DNA of 64,000 nt from an uncultured Chromatiales bacterium (GTDB lineage Bacteria; Pseudomonadota; Gammaproteobacteria; Poriferisulfidales; Poriferisulfidaceae): positions 5,033 through 69,032 of the forward strand of contig CAZGIH010000013.1 of assembly GCA_964526195.1 (NCBI GenBank). The letters run 5' to 3'. Position numbers and translations under genes: made by a program. Shown one piece after another: positions 1 to 9,512 of this stretch. Position 1 is the first letter of the stretch, and every line of letters starts with the position of its first letter. Under the pieces are notes generated by a model. The model did no database searches, was not told where the DNA came from, and worked only from the letters and a program-made list of their open reading frames with translations.

Positions 1-10
1 CGACAATGGC

Positions 11-331
11 GTGGCCGAGGTTTCGATCGAAGATATCGGTCAGGGTCGGGCGCTGGCCATCAACTGTAGCGGGGTCGGTACTCCGACCACACTGTCGATT
101 CGCCCGGAGCGGGTGTTTATCGGTGATACGGGGGAAAACCGGTTCGATGCGGTAGTGGAGGAATTGATTTATCTTGGCGACCACATTCGTTGCCGTATGA
201 GGGTGCTGGGACATGACGATTTCATTGTCAAGATGCCCAACGCGGCAGGCCATGAGCACCTGAAAGTGGGCCAGGAGACGCCGGTCAGTTGGAATACCGA
301 GGACTGTCGTGCACTGGATGCATTACCATAA
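11..331 (+). CDS. C-terminal (TOBE/MOP-like) portion of an ABC transporter ATP-binding subunit, PotA-like; gene continues upstream of window
   Basis: Translation resembles the regulatory C-terminal domain of PotA/MalK-type ATPases. Sits immediately upstream of PotD/PotB/PotC-like genes. Truncated by the window start. Confidence 0.55.
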   Translation: MAEVSIEDIGQGRALAINCSGVGTPTTLSIRPERVFIGDTGENRFDAVVEELIYLGDHIRCRMRVLGHDDFIVKMPNAAGHEHLKVGQETPVSWNTEDCRALDALP

Positions 332-361
332 CCAGACTTTTAGAATTTTTCGACGTTACCC

Positions 362-1438
362 ATGAAACCTCTCACTTTTTTCTTCGCCGTAGGTGCATGC
401 CTGATGACGACAATCGCATCCGCAGGCGATTTGACCATCGTCTCTTGGGGCGGCGCCTACACCAAGAGCCAGACCGAGGCTTATTTCAAGCCGTGGATGG
501 CCAGTACCGGCTACCGGGTCCTGTCCGAGGACTACAGCGGCGGCCTGTCCGAAGTCAAGGCGCAGGTTGAGGCCGGCAACGTCAGTTGGGATATTGTGGA
601 TGTCGAGGATGCTGAAGCCATTCTGGGATGCGACGAAGGGCTGTTCGAAGAAATTGATCCTGCAATCCTGCCTGCGGCCCCAGACGGGATGCCTGCCGAA
701 GAGGATTTTCTTGAGGGCACCATCGGCGATTGTGCCATCGGCACCGTCTTTTGGTCGACGGCCTATGCCTACAATCAGGAGCGACTGTCGTCGCCTCCGA
801 GCACCATTCAGGACTTCTTCGACCTAGAGAAATTTCCAGGTCGGCGCGGCATGCGCAAAACTCCCAAGGTCAACATCGAAATAGCACTGGTGGCCGACGG
901 CGTCCCGACGGACCAGGTTTACGAGGTGATGGCGACCCCAGAGGGAATCGACCGCGCTTTTGCCAAGCTGGACAGCATCAAGGAGCATGTCTTGTGGTGG
1001 GAGGTGGGCGCCCAGCCGCCGCAGTTGCTGATCGACGGTGAGGTGGTCATGAGCACGGCCTACAACGGCCGCATCTTCAATGCGATTGCGGCGGAAGGCC
1101 AACCGCTCGCCATGGTTTGGGACGCGCAGGTGCTGGCGGGCGACAACTGGGTGATCGTGAAAGGGACTCCGAACCTGGAACTGGCACTGGACTTCTTAAG
1201 ATTTGCCTCCATGCCCGAGAACATGGCCGTCCAGGCTTCGTGGATTTCCTATGCACCGGTACGCAAGTCTGCCTCCGAACTGGTCGGGAGCTACCACGCC
1301 GACCCAGACCTGAAGATGGGACCGCACCTTCCCACCTGGCCGGACAACATGAAGACGGCGATTCGGAACGATGAGGAATTCTGGGCAGACCATATCGATG
1401 AATTGAACGAACGCTTCAATGCCTGGCTGATCAAGTGA
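362..1438 (+). CDS. ABC transporter periplasmic substrate-binding protein, PotD/PotF (polyamine/opine-type) family, paralog 1
   Basis: N-terminal signal peptide (MKPLTFFFAVGACLMTTIASAG). Conserved VSWGG..Y motif and overall PotD/F-like layout. First gene after the ATPase. Confidence 0.8.
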   Translation: MKPLTFFFAVGACLMTTIASAGDLTIVSWGGAYTKSQTEAYFKPWMASTGYRVLSEDYSGGLSEVKAQVEAGNVSWDIVDVEDAEAILGCDEGLFEEIDPAILPAAPDGMPAEEDFLEGTIGDCAIGTVFWSTAYAYNQERLSSPPSTIQDFFDLEKFPGRRGMRKTPKVNIEIALVADGVPTDQVYEVMATPEGIDRAFAKLDSIKEHVLWWEVGAQPPQLLIDGEVVMSTAYNGRIFNAIAAEGQPLAMVWDAQVLAGDNWVIVKGTPNLELALDFLRFASMPENMAVQASWISYAPVRKSASELVGSYHADPDLKMGPHLPTWPDNMKTAIRNDEEFWADHIDELNERFNAWLIK

Positions 1439-2544
1439 GCGAGGTGGCACGGGCACGATTGCCAAAGGGGTTCTTTATCTTTTTTCTTGCTGCAGGAACT
1501 TGGCTTGCGGTGTCGGACGCGGTGGCGGGCGACCTGACTGTGGTTTCTTGGGGCGGCCCCTATACCCAGAGTCAGGTGGAGGCTTACCACAAGCCGTGGA
1601 TGGCTCGCACCGGCCACCGGATCCTGTCCGAGGACTACAGTGGGGGCTTGTCCGAAATCAAGTCACAGGTTCTGACCGGAAACGTCACTTGGGATGTCGT
1701 GGACATCGAGGCTGCCGAGGGACTTTTGGGGTGCGATGAAGGATTGCTGGAGGAGATTGACCCCTCCATCCTGCCCTCAGCACCGGACGGGACTCCCGCC
1801 GAGCGGGATTTTCCCGAGGGCACCATCAGTTCTTGCATGATTGGGCACATAGTGGCGTCAATGGTGTTCGCCTACGACCGGAACCGGCTGTCACCGGGGC
1901 CGACCACCATCCGTGATTTTTTTGACTTGGAAAGATTTCCCGGTCGGCGTGGCATGCGCAGGAGCCCTAAGGCCGCTTTGGAGATGGCGCTGGCTGCTGA
2001 TGGAGTTCCTACGGATCAGGTCTACGAGGTGCTGGCAACTCCGGAGGGGGTCGATCGTGCTTTTGCGCGGCTGGACGGCATTAAGGAGCAAGTCGTGTGG
2101 TGGGAGGCGAGTTCTCATGCGCTGCAGTTGCTGGCGGACGGAGAAGTGGTAATGAGTATGGCCTACAACGGTCGGATCTTCGACGCATCCGAGTTGGAAG
2201 GCCGTTCTTTGGCCATCGTTTGGGATGCACAGGTGCTGGAGGTCGGGCAGTGGGCGGTCGTCAAGGGGGCTCCGAACCGGGATCTGGCACTCGATTTCAT
2301 CGCATTCGCCTCCAAGCCTGAAAACATGGCGGTGCAGGCGTCATGGATCTCCTATGCGCCGGTACGGCGCACTGCTTTCGAAATGATCGGAGCCCATCAT
2401 TCCAACCCCGAACTGGACATGCGACCGCATATGCCGACTTGGCCAGACAACTTGAAGACAGTGATTTGGCAGGACGTGGAGTTCTGGGCGGATTACCTGG
2501 ATGAGTTGAACGAAAGATTCAATGCTTGGCTGGTCGAGGGATAG
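1435..2544 (+). CDS. ABC transporter periplasmic substrate-binding protein, PotD/PotF family, paralog 2 (tandem duplicate)
   Basis: About two-thirds identical by eye to the upstream SBP, including the GDLTVVSWGG and C-terminal NERFNAWL blocks. Its GTG start overlaps the stop of paralog 1. Confidence 0.8.
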   Translation: MSEVARARLPKGFFIFFLAAGTWLAVSDAVAGDLTVVSWGGPYTQSQVEAYHKPWMARTGHRILSEDYSGGLSEIKSQVLTGNVTWDVVDIEAAEGLLGCDEGLLEEIDPSILPSAPDGTPAERDFPEGTISSCMIGHIVASMVFAYDRNRLSPGPTTIRDFFDLERFPGRRGMRRSPKAALEMALAADGVPTDQVYEVLATPEGVDRAFARLDGIKEQVVWWEASSHALQLLADGEVVMSMAYNGRIFDASELEGRSLAIVWDAQVLEVGQWAVVKGAPNRDLALDFIAFASKPENMAVQASWISYAPVRRTAFEMIGAHHSNPELDMRPHMPTWPDNLKTVIWQDVEFWADYLDELNERFNAWLVEG

Positions 2545-3808
2545 TTTGATCGTGACTCCATCAGCCCCTCCCGAGCCGGTGATTGCTGTCGACGGCATCC
2601 CACTTAAAACAAAACTAGCGCGGGCGCTTATGGTCCGCCGGCTCAGGGCCCTGGGGCTGACCATGCCGTTGCTGGCCTTCCTGTTTGCGGCTTTCATTAT
2701 TCCGGTGCTGGTGTTCCTGTGGCAGGGGGTTCATGACGATACGTACGCACGATACATGTCGCACAGTACCCCCGTATTGGAGGCGTGGGACGGCGTATCG
2801 GAGCCGACCGAAGCGATGTACGCAGCCCTGCAGAAGGACTTGGTGCAGGCGAGGAGTGATAAAACCATCGGCAAAGTGGCAACCCGGGTAAACCGGGAAC
2901 TGCCCGGGGGTCGGTCTCTGTTCACTTCCTCAGCGCGCAGGGCGGCACGTCTTGAGGCCCCCTATAAGGAGGCGTTGATCGATCTCAAACCGGCGTGGGG
3001 CCGACTCGAGACCTGGCAAGCGCTTCGCGTTGCGGCAGCCCGGTATACACCAACCTATCTGGCGACTTCGGTGGATCTCAAGTACAGCGGCGACGGTTCC
3101 ATTCGTCGCCAGGATGAGAAACGCCGCATCCATCTCACGCTGTTTTGGCGCACGATCGAAATCTCCGCGCTGGTCACGATTTTCTGCCTGTTGTTGGGCT
3201 ATCCGGTAGCCTATCTGATGTCCAACCTGCCGGCGCGCAGCACAAATCTGCTCCTGATCCTGGTGCTATTGCCGTTCTGGACCTCGATCCTGGTGCGTAC
3301 CACTGCCTGGATTGCAATCCTGCAGGGTAATGGAGTGCTGAACGACCTGTTTGTCGCTTTTGGGGTCATCGGCGACGACAGCCGGTTCAGCATGGTCTAC
3401 AACCGGACCGGGACCCTAGTTGCCATGACGCACATTCTCCTGCCGTTCATGATCCTGCCGCTGTATGCGGTCATGCGAACCATACCGAAGGCGTACGTTC
3501 AGGCGGCACATAGTTTGGGCGCAAACGGCTGGGTAGCCTTCTGGAGGGTATACCTGCCACAGACCATGCCGGGCATCGGTGCAGGCGTGGTGCTGGTGTT
3601 CATCCTTGCCACCGGTTACTACATCACCCCGGCCTTGGTGGGGGGACAGGATGGGCAGATGATTTCCAACTTGATCGATTTTCACATGCGGAGATCGCTC
3701 AACTGGCCACTGGCGGCGGCAATGGGCTTCGTGCTGCTGGTGCTGGTCATGTTTCTGTACTGGCTGTACGACCGCGTGTCTGGCATCGACCGGATGAGGT
3801 TGGGCTGA
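2522..3808 (+). CDS. ABC transporter permease (PotB/PotH-like) with long N-terminal TM1 + periplasmic loop extension
   Basis: C-terminal 280 aa has the typical 6-TM PotB-like permease core with an EAA-like loop. 428 aa versus about 290 expected. True start may be the internal Met near 2630. Confidence 0.75.
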   Translation: MLGWSRDSLIVTPSAPPEPVIAVDGIPLKTKLARALMVRRLRALGLTMPLLAFLFAAFIIPVLVFLWQGVHDDTYARYMSHSTPVLEAWDGVSEPTEAMYAALQKDLVQARSDKTIGKVATRVNRELPGGRSLFTSSARRAARLEAPYKEALIDLKPAWGRLETWQALRVAAARYTPTYLATSVDLKYSGDGSIRRQDEKRRIHLTLFWRTIEISALVTIFCLLLGYPVAYLMSNLPARSTNLLLILVLLPFWTSILVRTTAWIAILQGNGVLNDLFVAFGVIGDDSRFSMVYNRTGTLVAMTHILLPFMILPLYAVMRTIPKAYVQAAHSLGANGWVAFWRVYLPQTMPGIGAGVVLVFILATGYYITPALVGGQDGQMISNLIDFHMRRSLNWPLAAAMGFVLLVLVMFLYWLYDRVSGIDRMRLG

Positions 3809-3811
3809 GGC

Positions 3812-5038
3812 ATGCTTGAGGCGATCCGCCCCCCGGTCCGATTTGCCGCGGCCTGGTGCGGTTTGGCGGGAGCATTGGTCGGGCTGCTCACGGCATACGG
3901 TGATACCGCATTGATGCTGCCGTACACGTTGGCGGGTGCCTTGCTGTTCGCTTTGCTGTCGCTTCCTGCGGCGATTCACCCCGAATCGCCGAGAGTCGCG
4001 CGTTCGTTCTGCATGCTCGCACTCGCGTTGGTGGGGCTCGCGACGCACGGCGTGGCTTTCGCTTTGCTGATGTTGGCGCTTGGCTGGGTTTTGGCATCGG
4101 CGTCCGCTTGGCTCGCCACCGGGCGCTACCGGAGAGGCCTGCCGGAGTACGCCGGACCGCGCGAAGTATTCCTGTTTTACATGTTCCGGGGGGCGTGCGC
4201 ACTGATTTTCCTGTTCTTGGTGGTGCCGATCTTCGTCGTGGTGCCCTTGTCCTTCAATCAGGAACCGTATTTCAGTTTTACCGCCGGCATGCTGAATCTG
4301 GAAGCGGATGCCTTCAGCCTGCGCTGGTATGCCGACATCGTGCGCAATGGCATGGTGGCGCCGGATGCGGAGATCGGCTGGTGGGCCGACATGTGGAACA
4401 ACGCGCAGTGGGTGCGTTCCATCAAAAACAGCTTCATCATCGGCATCCCGGCAACCCTTTTGGCGACGGCACTCGGAACAATGGCCGCGGTCGGCCTCAG
4501 CCGCTCGGAAATGCCGTTCAAGCGCACCGTGATGGCATTGTTGATTTCACCGATGGTGGTGCCGTTGGTCATTACGGCATCCGGGTTGTTTTTCGCGTTC
4601 AGCCAGGTCGGGCTCGCGAAGACCTACCTCGGATTGATCTTCGCGCACGCAGTGCTTGGGGTTCCGTTCGTGGTCATTACAGTCACAGCATCCTTGGCCG
4701 GGTTTGACCACAACCTGGTGCGTGCGGCGACCAGCCTTGGCGCCTCGCCGGTGCGAACTTTCTTCAAGATACAGACGCCGATCATTCTTCCCGGTGTGGT
4801 ATCCGGAGCCCTGTTCGCCTTTATCACTTCATTCGACGAAGTGGTCGTGATCCTGCAACTCGGCGACGTAACCCAGCGGACGGTTCCGCGTCAGATGTTC
4901 TCCGGGATCCGGGAGCAGATCTCGCCGACCATCCTGGCGGTGGCGACGATCTTCGTCCTGATTTCGATTCTTTTACTGGCGACCGTGGCCTTATTGCGCC
5001 GTCGCGCAGAACGCTTGCATGGTTTGCCCGCGCACTAG
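3812..5038 (+). CDS. ABC transporter permease (PotC/PotI-like) with about 130 aa N-terminal hydrophobic extension
   Basis: C-terminal 260 aa is a PotC-like core (PIFVVVPLSFN... motif). Its ATG is 3 nt after the upstream stop, suggesting translational coupling. Extra N-terminal TM segments are unusual. Confidence 0.7.
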   Translation: MLEAIRPPVRFAAAWCGLAGALVGLLTAYGDTALMLPYTLAGALLFALLSLPAAIHPESPRVARSFCMLALALVGLATHGVAFALLMLALGWVLASASAWLATGRYRRGLPEYAGPREVFLFYMFRGACALIFLFLVVPIFVVVPLSFNQEPYFSFTAGMLNLEADAFSLRWYADIVRNGMVAPDAEIGWWADMWNNAQWVRSIKNSFIIGIPATLLATALGTMAAVGLSRSEMPFKRTVMALLISPMVVPLVITASGLFFAFSQVGLAKTYLGLIFAHAVLGVPFVVITVTASLAGFDHNLVRAATSLGASPVRTFFKIQTPIILPGVVSGALFAFITSFDEVVVILQLGDVTQRTVPRQMFSGIREQISPTILAVATIFVLISILLLATVALLRRRAERLHGLPAH

Positions 5039-5053
5039 CGGCGAGGCAGGCTG

Positions 5054-5866
5054 TTAGCGAGGATGAGCGTTTGGGGAAAACACCCGTTTTCCGTTGATCT
5101 CGAAAGTCGCGATCGCTTGCTGCCCTTCTTCCGACAGTAGCCATTCTGCAAATTCCTGCGCCTGTTCTCCCTTCACATGCGGGTGGCGGTCGGGATTGAC
5201 CACGATGAGCCCGTATTGGTTGTGCAGCAGCGGGTCGCCCTGATACACCACCACTAAATCTTGCCGGTTGCCAAACGCGGCCCAAGTGGCGCCATCGCTC
5301 AGCACATAGGCATTGCGTGCGGCGGCAGTGTTCAGGGTGGGCCCCATGCCAGCTCCGGCCTCCCAGTACCAGTCGCCGCTGGCCGGCCGGACTTGAACGC
5401 CCGCTTTTGCCCATAGTTCCAGTTCACGTTTGTGGGTTCCGCTGTCGTCGCCGCGAGAGATGAAAGTAACGCCTGAGCGTGAGATGCGACGGAAAGCTTC
5501 TGCAATATCATCTATTTCCGAAACCTTCGCAGGATCTTCGCGTGGCCCGATCAGCATGAATTCGTTGTACATCAGGTCATCCCGTTGCAATCCATAGCCT
5601 TCGGCGACGAAACGCTCTTCCGATTCGCGGTGGTGAACGATTAGCAAGTCGGCATCTCCCCGCATCGCGTTGCGGATGGCCTGCCCGGTGCCGACGGCCA
5701 CAACCCGGAAGCTCACACCGGATTTCTTCTCGTAGATCGGCAACAGGTAATCGTACAAGCCGGAGTGATCCGTCGAAGTGGTGGATGCGATGGTTAGGAA
5801 TTCCGATTCCGCCATTGCGGAAGGAAAGGTCAGAACCCCCAAGACGAAAGCAAAGGCAAGGCGCAT
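5054..5866 (-). CDS. tupA: tungstate ABC transporter substrate-binding protein TupA
   Basis: Signal peptide. TupA signature TTSTxxSGL (TIASTTSTDHSGLYDYL). About 270 aa PBP fold. Downstream of an ATPase and permease on the same strand. Confidence 0.75.
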   Translation of the reverse strand: MRLAFAFVLGVLTFPSAMAESEFLTIASTTSTDHSGLYDYLLPIYEKKSGVSFRVVAVGTGQAIRNAMRGDADLLIVHHRESEERFVAEGYGLQRDDLMYNEFMLIGPREDPAKVSEIDDIAEAFRRISRSGVTFISRGDDSGTHKRELELWAKAGVQVRPASGDWYWEAGAGMGPTLNTAAARNAYVLSDGATWAAFGNRQDLVVVYQGDPLLHNQYGLIVVNPDRHPHVKGEQAQEFAEWLLSEEGQQAIATFEINGKRVFSPNAHPR

Positions 5867-5871
5867 GTGAC

Positions 5872-6615
5872 TTATGAGATGGCACCGGAACGGGTCGGAT
5901 GAGCAACAAAATCGCGCATCGTGTCGTCGCCTTGATAATTCAGGAAGTCCCCGATCGACAGGTGAGCCCTTAAACGGCCGTATTCCAGGAACAGGACATC
6001 GTCTGCCAGATGGCGGACTTGATTCATGTCGTGCGTCGCCAAGATGACGCGAACGCCTTGGGCGACGACCCGCTGAATCATGGACTCGATCTCCCGGGTG
6101 GCGAGGGGATCCAGTTCCGAAGTCGGTTCGTCCATCAGCAAGGCGCGTGGCCGGGTGACCCAGGCCCGCGCAATAGCTAGCTTTTGCCGTTCACCGCCGG
6201 ACAGAACCCGGGCATTGCGCCCGACGACTTCTGTCAGGCCGCAGAGCTCGACGGCCTCCTGGACAAGCCGTTGTCGTTCATCGCGAGGTATACGGCGCAG
6301 CCTCAACGCATAGTCGATATTGGCTCGCACGCTGCGGTTGAGCATGGCAGGCAATTGAAAGACCATGGCCTGCGACGGCAGGGCTTGAACTGGTGTGGCT
6401 TCCCCCCATCGGACAGAACCGGCAGTAGGCGTGAGCATGCCGTGGCACAGACGCAACAAAAGGGTTTTTCCGGAACCGTTTGGGCCGAGTATTGCGGTAC
6501 AGCCTTTTCCTTCCAGTTCGAACGACAATCCGGACAACAGTTGTTCTCCACCGACAGAGAAATCAAGGCCGGATACGGAGAGAGGAAACAGGGAATCTGG
6601 AGGATATTGCATCAT
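5872..6615 (-). CDS. tupC: tungstate ABC transporter ATP-binding protein TupC-like
   Basis: Walker A GPNGSGKT, ABC signature LSGGERQK, Walker B LLMDEP. 247 aa with no C-terminal MOP domain. Confidence 0.75.
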   Translation of the reverse strand: MMQYPPDSLFPLSVSGLDFSVGGEQLLSGLSFELEGKGCTAILGPNGSGKTLLLRLCHGMLTPTAGSVRWGEATPVQALPSQAMVFQLPAMLNRSVRANIDYALRLRRIPRDERQRLVQEAVELCGLTEVVGRNARVLSGGERQKLAIARAWVTRPRALLMDEPTSELDPLATREIESMIQRVVAQGVRVILATHDMNQVRHLADDVLFLEYGRLRAHLSIGDFLNYQGDDTMRDFVAHPTRSGAIS

Positions 6616-7313
6616 CCGGGCTCCACGTTGAGTCTGCGCAACTGATGCAGCAGCAGGGTCAACAGCATGGCGATCAGGATCAGCACGATGCCGAGCGCCA
6701 GGGCTTGGGTGAGGTTGCCGCGGCTGGTTTCGTAGGCGACGCTGGTAGTCATTACGCGGGTGACATGGTTGATGTTTCCACCTACGATCATGACGGCGCC
6801 GACCTCTGCGTTGGCTCGCCCGAAGCCAGCCAACACCGTCACAAGAAGACTAGTCCGGGTTTCCCAGAGCAAAGTGGCGATGCGCTGCCAACGTGCTGCA
6901 CCCAAGGAACGAAGTTGTTCGTCATATTGGCCGTGGGCATCGGCGATGACTTGGCGGGACAATGCGGCGATGATGGGTGTGACCAACAGGCACTGCGCGA
7001 TGATCATCGCGGTTGGGGTGTACAGCAGGCCCAGCACGCCGAGAGGGCCAGAACGCGACAGCCACAAATAGACAATTAGTCCGACGACAACGGGCGGCAG
7101 CCCCATGAAAGTGTCGATCACGAGCACAACGAACCCGCGTCCTGGGAATCGCTTGACCGCAAGCAGGCCTCCCAGCGGAATGCCGATTATGGTCGCAATA
7201 CAGACGGCAGTCAGGGTGACGAACAATGACAGTCGGATGATCTCCAGGAGATCAGGGTTCAGTCCCGTCAAGAGACCAGCTGAGGCAATCAGGGCATCGC
7301 CGAAATCGCTCAT
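6612..7313 (-). CDS. tupB: tungstate ABC transporter permease TupB-like
   Basis: 233 aa, 5-6 TM, ModB/TupB-like permease. Overlaps tupC by 4 nt. Confidence 0.7.
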   Translation of the reverse strand: MSDFGDALIASAGLLTGLNPDLLEIIRLSLFVTLTAVCIATIIGIPLGGLLAVKRFPGRGFVVLVIDTFMGLPPVVVGLIVYLWLSRSGPLGVLGLLYTPTAMIIAQCLLVTPIIAALSRQVIADAHGQYDEQLRSLGAARWQRIATLLWETRTSLLVTVLAGFGRANAEVGAVMIVGGNINHVTRVMTTSVAYETSRGNLTQALALGIVLILIAMLLTLLLHQLRRLNVEPG

Positions 7314-7933
7314 GGTTCAGACCCGGGAGAGGATAGGGAAGACGCCCGGACTTCTGCGTTGATGAAAATCGCTTGACCGTCGTCGAAATGAAGTGCGAGC
7401 AAGGTCTTGTCACCGGTGTGAAGAGGACGTTCAGGCCCTTCCAGCAGGAAAACGATGCCGTCCGGCGGCAGTTCGGTGGTTTGGTAGGCTTCGACGATGA
7501 CGGAAGATGGGGAACTGGAGCCTGCTTTTGCATGGATGCTCGCTTGCCTGAAGTCAGCCGCCATGACGTGCTGCAGTGTTCGCGCCTCATTGGTCCGGTT
7601 GTGCACGGTCAGGCCGCCGGTGGAAACACCTTCAGCAGAGGGCTCGAGTACCCAGGCCTGGGTGCCCGTCATGTCGGTTCTCTCCCCGCTGCATGCGGAC
7701 AATAGCAGGAAAACAGCCGTCGCAAGGATGGCTGGAGGCGGGAACACCCGCCGGATTCGGCATAGATTCAGGCACATGTCAGTATTTGCTAGGCGGATAC
7801 TCTCTTTCCTAAATTTTCTGCCGACACTGGCACAAGACTCCACATCCGCATTCGCACGGCGCGGCGCATGCGGGGCCGGTACAGGGCCTCTTATTTTATG
7901 ACTGCGTAAGAGTAGAATGGGAGGATGCAGCAC
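7310..7933 (-). CDS. putative periplasmic lipoprotein, distant DUF461/PCu(A)C-like metallochaperone fold; probable true start near 7777
   Basis: Internal Met is followed by a lipobox-like LLLSAC|SG. The beta-rich C-terminus weakly resembles the PCuAC family. Its stop overlaps the tupB start, so it is the first gene of the tup operon. Confidence 0.35.
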   Translation of the reverse strand: MLHPPILLLRSHKIRGPVPAPHAPRRANADVESCASVGRKFRKESIRLANTDMCLNLCRIRRVFPPPAILATAVFLLLSACSGERTDMTGTQAWVLEPSAEGVSTGGLTVHNRTNEARTLQHVMAADFRQASIHAKAGSSSPSSVIVEAYQTTELPPDGIVFLLEGPERPLHTGDKTLLALHFDDGQAIFINAEVRASSLSSPGSEP

Positions 7934-7944
7934 GAGGGAAAATC

Positions 7945-8325
7945 ATGAGCCTGAAAAAAGAAGACAACGACGCGACCTACACGGACGAGGAAATCGAGGC
8001 GCGACTCAAGGAAGAACTACCCGAATGGTATTTGGAATCCGGCTGGATCCGCCGAAAATACCGCACGGCAAGCTGGAAAGGCACGCTCATGGCCGTGACC
8101 ACGATCGGACACTTGGCGGAACAGGGCTGGCATCATCCAGACCTGACCGTTTCATATGCGTTCGTGATCGTCAAACTGACCACCCATGCGAAGAAAGGGG
8201 TGACCAATCGGGACTTCGAGTTAGCGGCACGGATCGAGGAGGCCATGACATGGCAGCCCCCTGAAGGTTCGGCGCTTGAGGGCACTCCGGATGACCCCCG
8301 GTTTGCCTATCTTCGCCACAGTTGA
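7945..8325 (+). CDS. phhB: pterin-4a-carbinolamine dehydratase (PCD/PhhB family)
   Basis: Signature E-x3-HHP-x5-Y-x3-W-x-L-TH present (AEQGWHHPDLTVSYAFVIVKLTTHA). Confidence 0.7.
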   Translation: MSLKKEDNDATYTDEEIEARLKEELPEWYLESGWIRRKYRTASWKGTLMAVTTIGHLAEQGWHHPDLTVSYAFVIVKLTTHAKKGVTNRDFELAARIEEAMTWQPPEGSALEGTPDDPRFAYLRHS

Positions 8326-8439
8326 TCCGGTGAGACGGGAGTCTTGACGGAAAGCGTTGGGTCAGACAGGCGGATACACTGCCTTGCAGACAGGGCTAGG
8401 CTGGGCATTGCCCGGTCTTTCCTTCTGGTTTTGAAGCGA

Positions 8440-8527
<88 letters not shown>

Positions 8528-8601
8528 ACGGCGGTGAGCCCGCCCTGAACGCGCAATTCTACCGTACCCCGGCTGTCTGTGCTACATTCTGCGGCTGAAT
8601 C

Positions 8602-8952
8602 ATGGATACCGTTTTCATCCGGGGTCTCAAAGCGAAGGCCGTAATCGGCGTTTTCGAATGGGAGAAGCAGATTCGCCAAAATCTGGTGCTGGATCTGGAT
8701 CTCCGGGCGGATGTGGCGCATTCAGCGGCCAGCGATACGCTGGAGGAGGCCGTCGACTACAAGGCGATCAGCCAGCGTGTGGTGGAATTCGTGGAGAACA
8801 GCCAGTATCAGTTGGTCGAATCGCTGGCCGAGGCGGTGGCGAGCCTGATCCGTGAAGAATTCTCGGTGAGTTGGGTGCGAGTCCGAATTGCCAAGCCATT
8901 TGCAGTCCGGACCGCGCAGGAAGTCGGGGTCGAGATCGAGCGAGGGGATTAA
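8602..8952 (+). CDS. folB: dihydroneopterin aldolase
   Basis: MDTVFIRGLKAKAVIGVFEWEKQIRQNLVLDLDL is a typical FolB N-terminus. 116 aa. Confidence 0.85.
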   Translation: MDTVFIRGLKAKAVIGVFEWEKQIRQNLVLDLDLRADVAHSAASDTLEEAVDYKAISQRVVEFVENSQYQLVESLAEAVASLIREEFSVSWVRVRIAKPFAVRTAQEVGVEIERGD

Positions 8953-9512
8953 TGGCGCGGGTGTATGTCAGCCTCGGCAGCAACATCGACCGGGAACGCA
9001 AGATTGCGGAAGCCTTGGAGCGGTTGGAGGAACATTACGGGCCGTTGACCCGATCCACCTTGTACGAATCCCCGGCGCTGGGATTTGAGGGCGACGATTT
9101 TCACAACATGGTCGTGGCATTCGACACGCAAGACCACCCTCATGTCGTCAACAAAGCCTTATACCGGATCGAAACCGAACTGGAACGGGTTCGGGGCAAG
9201 GATCGCTTCGTGTCCCGCACGATCGATCTGGATGTGTTGCTCTATGACGATTGGGTACTGGGAGATGGGGTCCTGTCTTTGCCGCGCGAGGAAATCCTGC
9301 ACCATGAGTTCGTGCTTGGCCCTCTGGCGGAAATCTGTGGGGGTCTGGAGCACCCGGTGCTGGGGATCTCCATTGCGCAACTGTGGCAGGAATGGCAGGA
9401 CGACAACCCTGTCACCCTGCGCCCGGTATCAGGTCCAGGGCGTGAGACTGCGCCCGCCGTCGACGGTCAGGACTTCTCCTGTCAGGTAGCCCGCATCTCT
9501 AATCAGGAATAG
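8952..9512 (+). CDS. folK: 2-amino-4-hydroxy-6-hydroxymethyldihydropteridine pyrophosphokinase (HPPK)
   Basis: MARVYVSLGSNI...RTIDLDVLLYDD HPPK motifs. ATG overlaps the folB stop (TAATG). About 28 aa C-terminal tail overlaps the convergent SDR gene. Confidence 0.8.
   Translation: MARVYVSLGSNIDRERKIAEALERLEEHYGPLTRSTLYESPALGFEGDDFHNMVVAFDTQDHPHVVNKALYRIETELERVRGKDRFVSRTIDLDVLLYDDWVLGDGVLSLPREEILHHEFVLGPLAEICGGLEHPVLGISIAQLWQEWQDDNPVTLRPVSGPGRETAPAVDGQDFSCQVARISNQE

Noticed and set aside
3416-4048. 210-aa minus-strand ORF rich in Arg/Gln/His
   Set aside because: Antisense to the two permease genes. Low-complexity composition typical of reverse-frame translation of GC-rich coding DNA.
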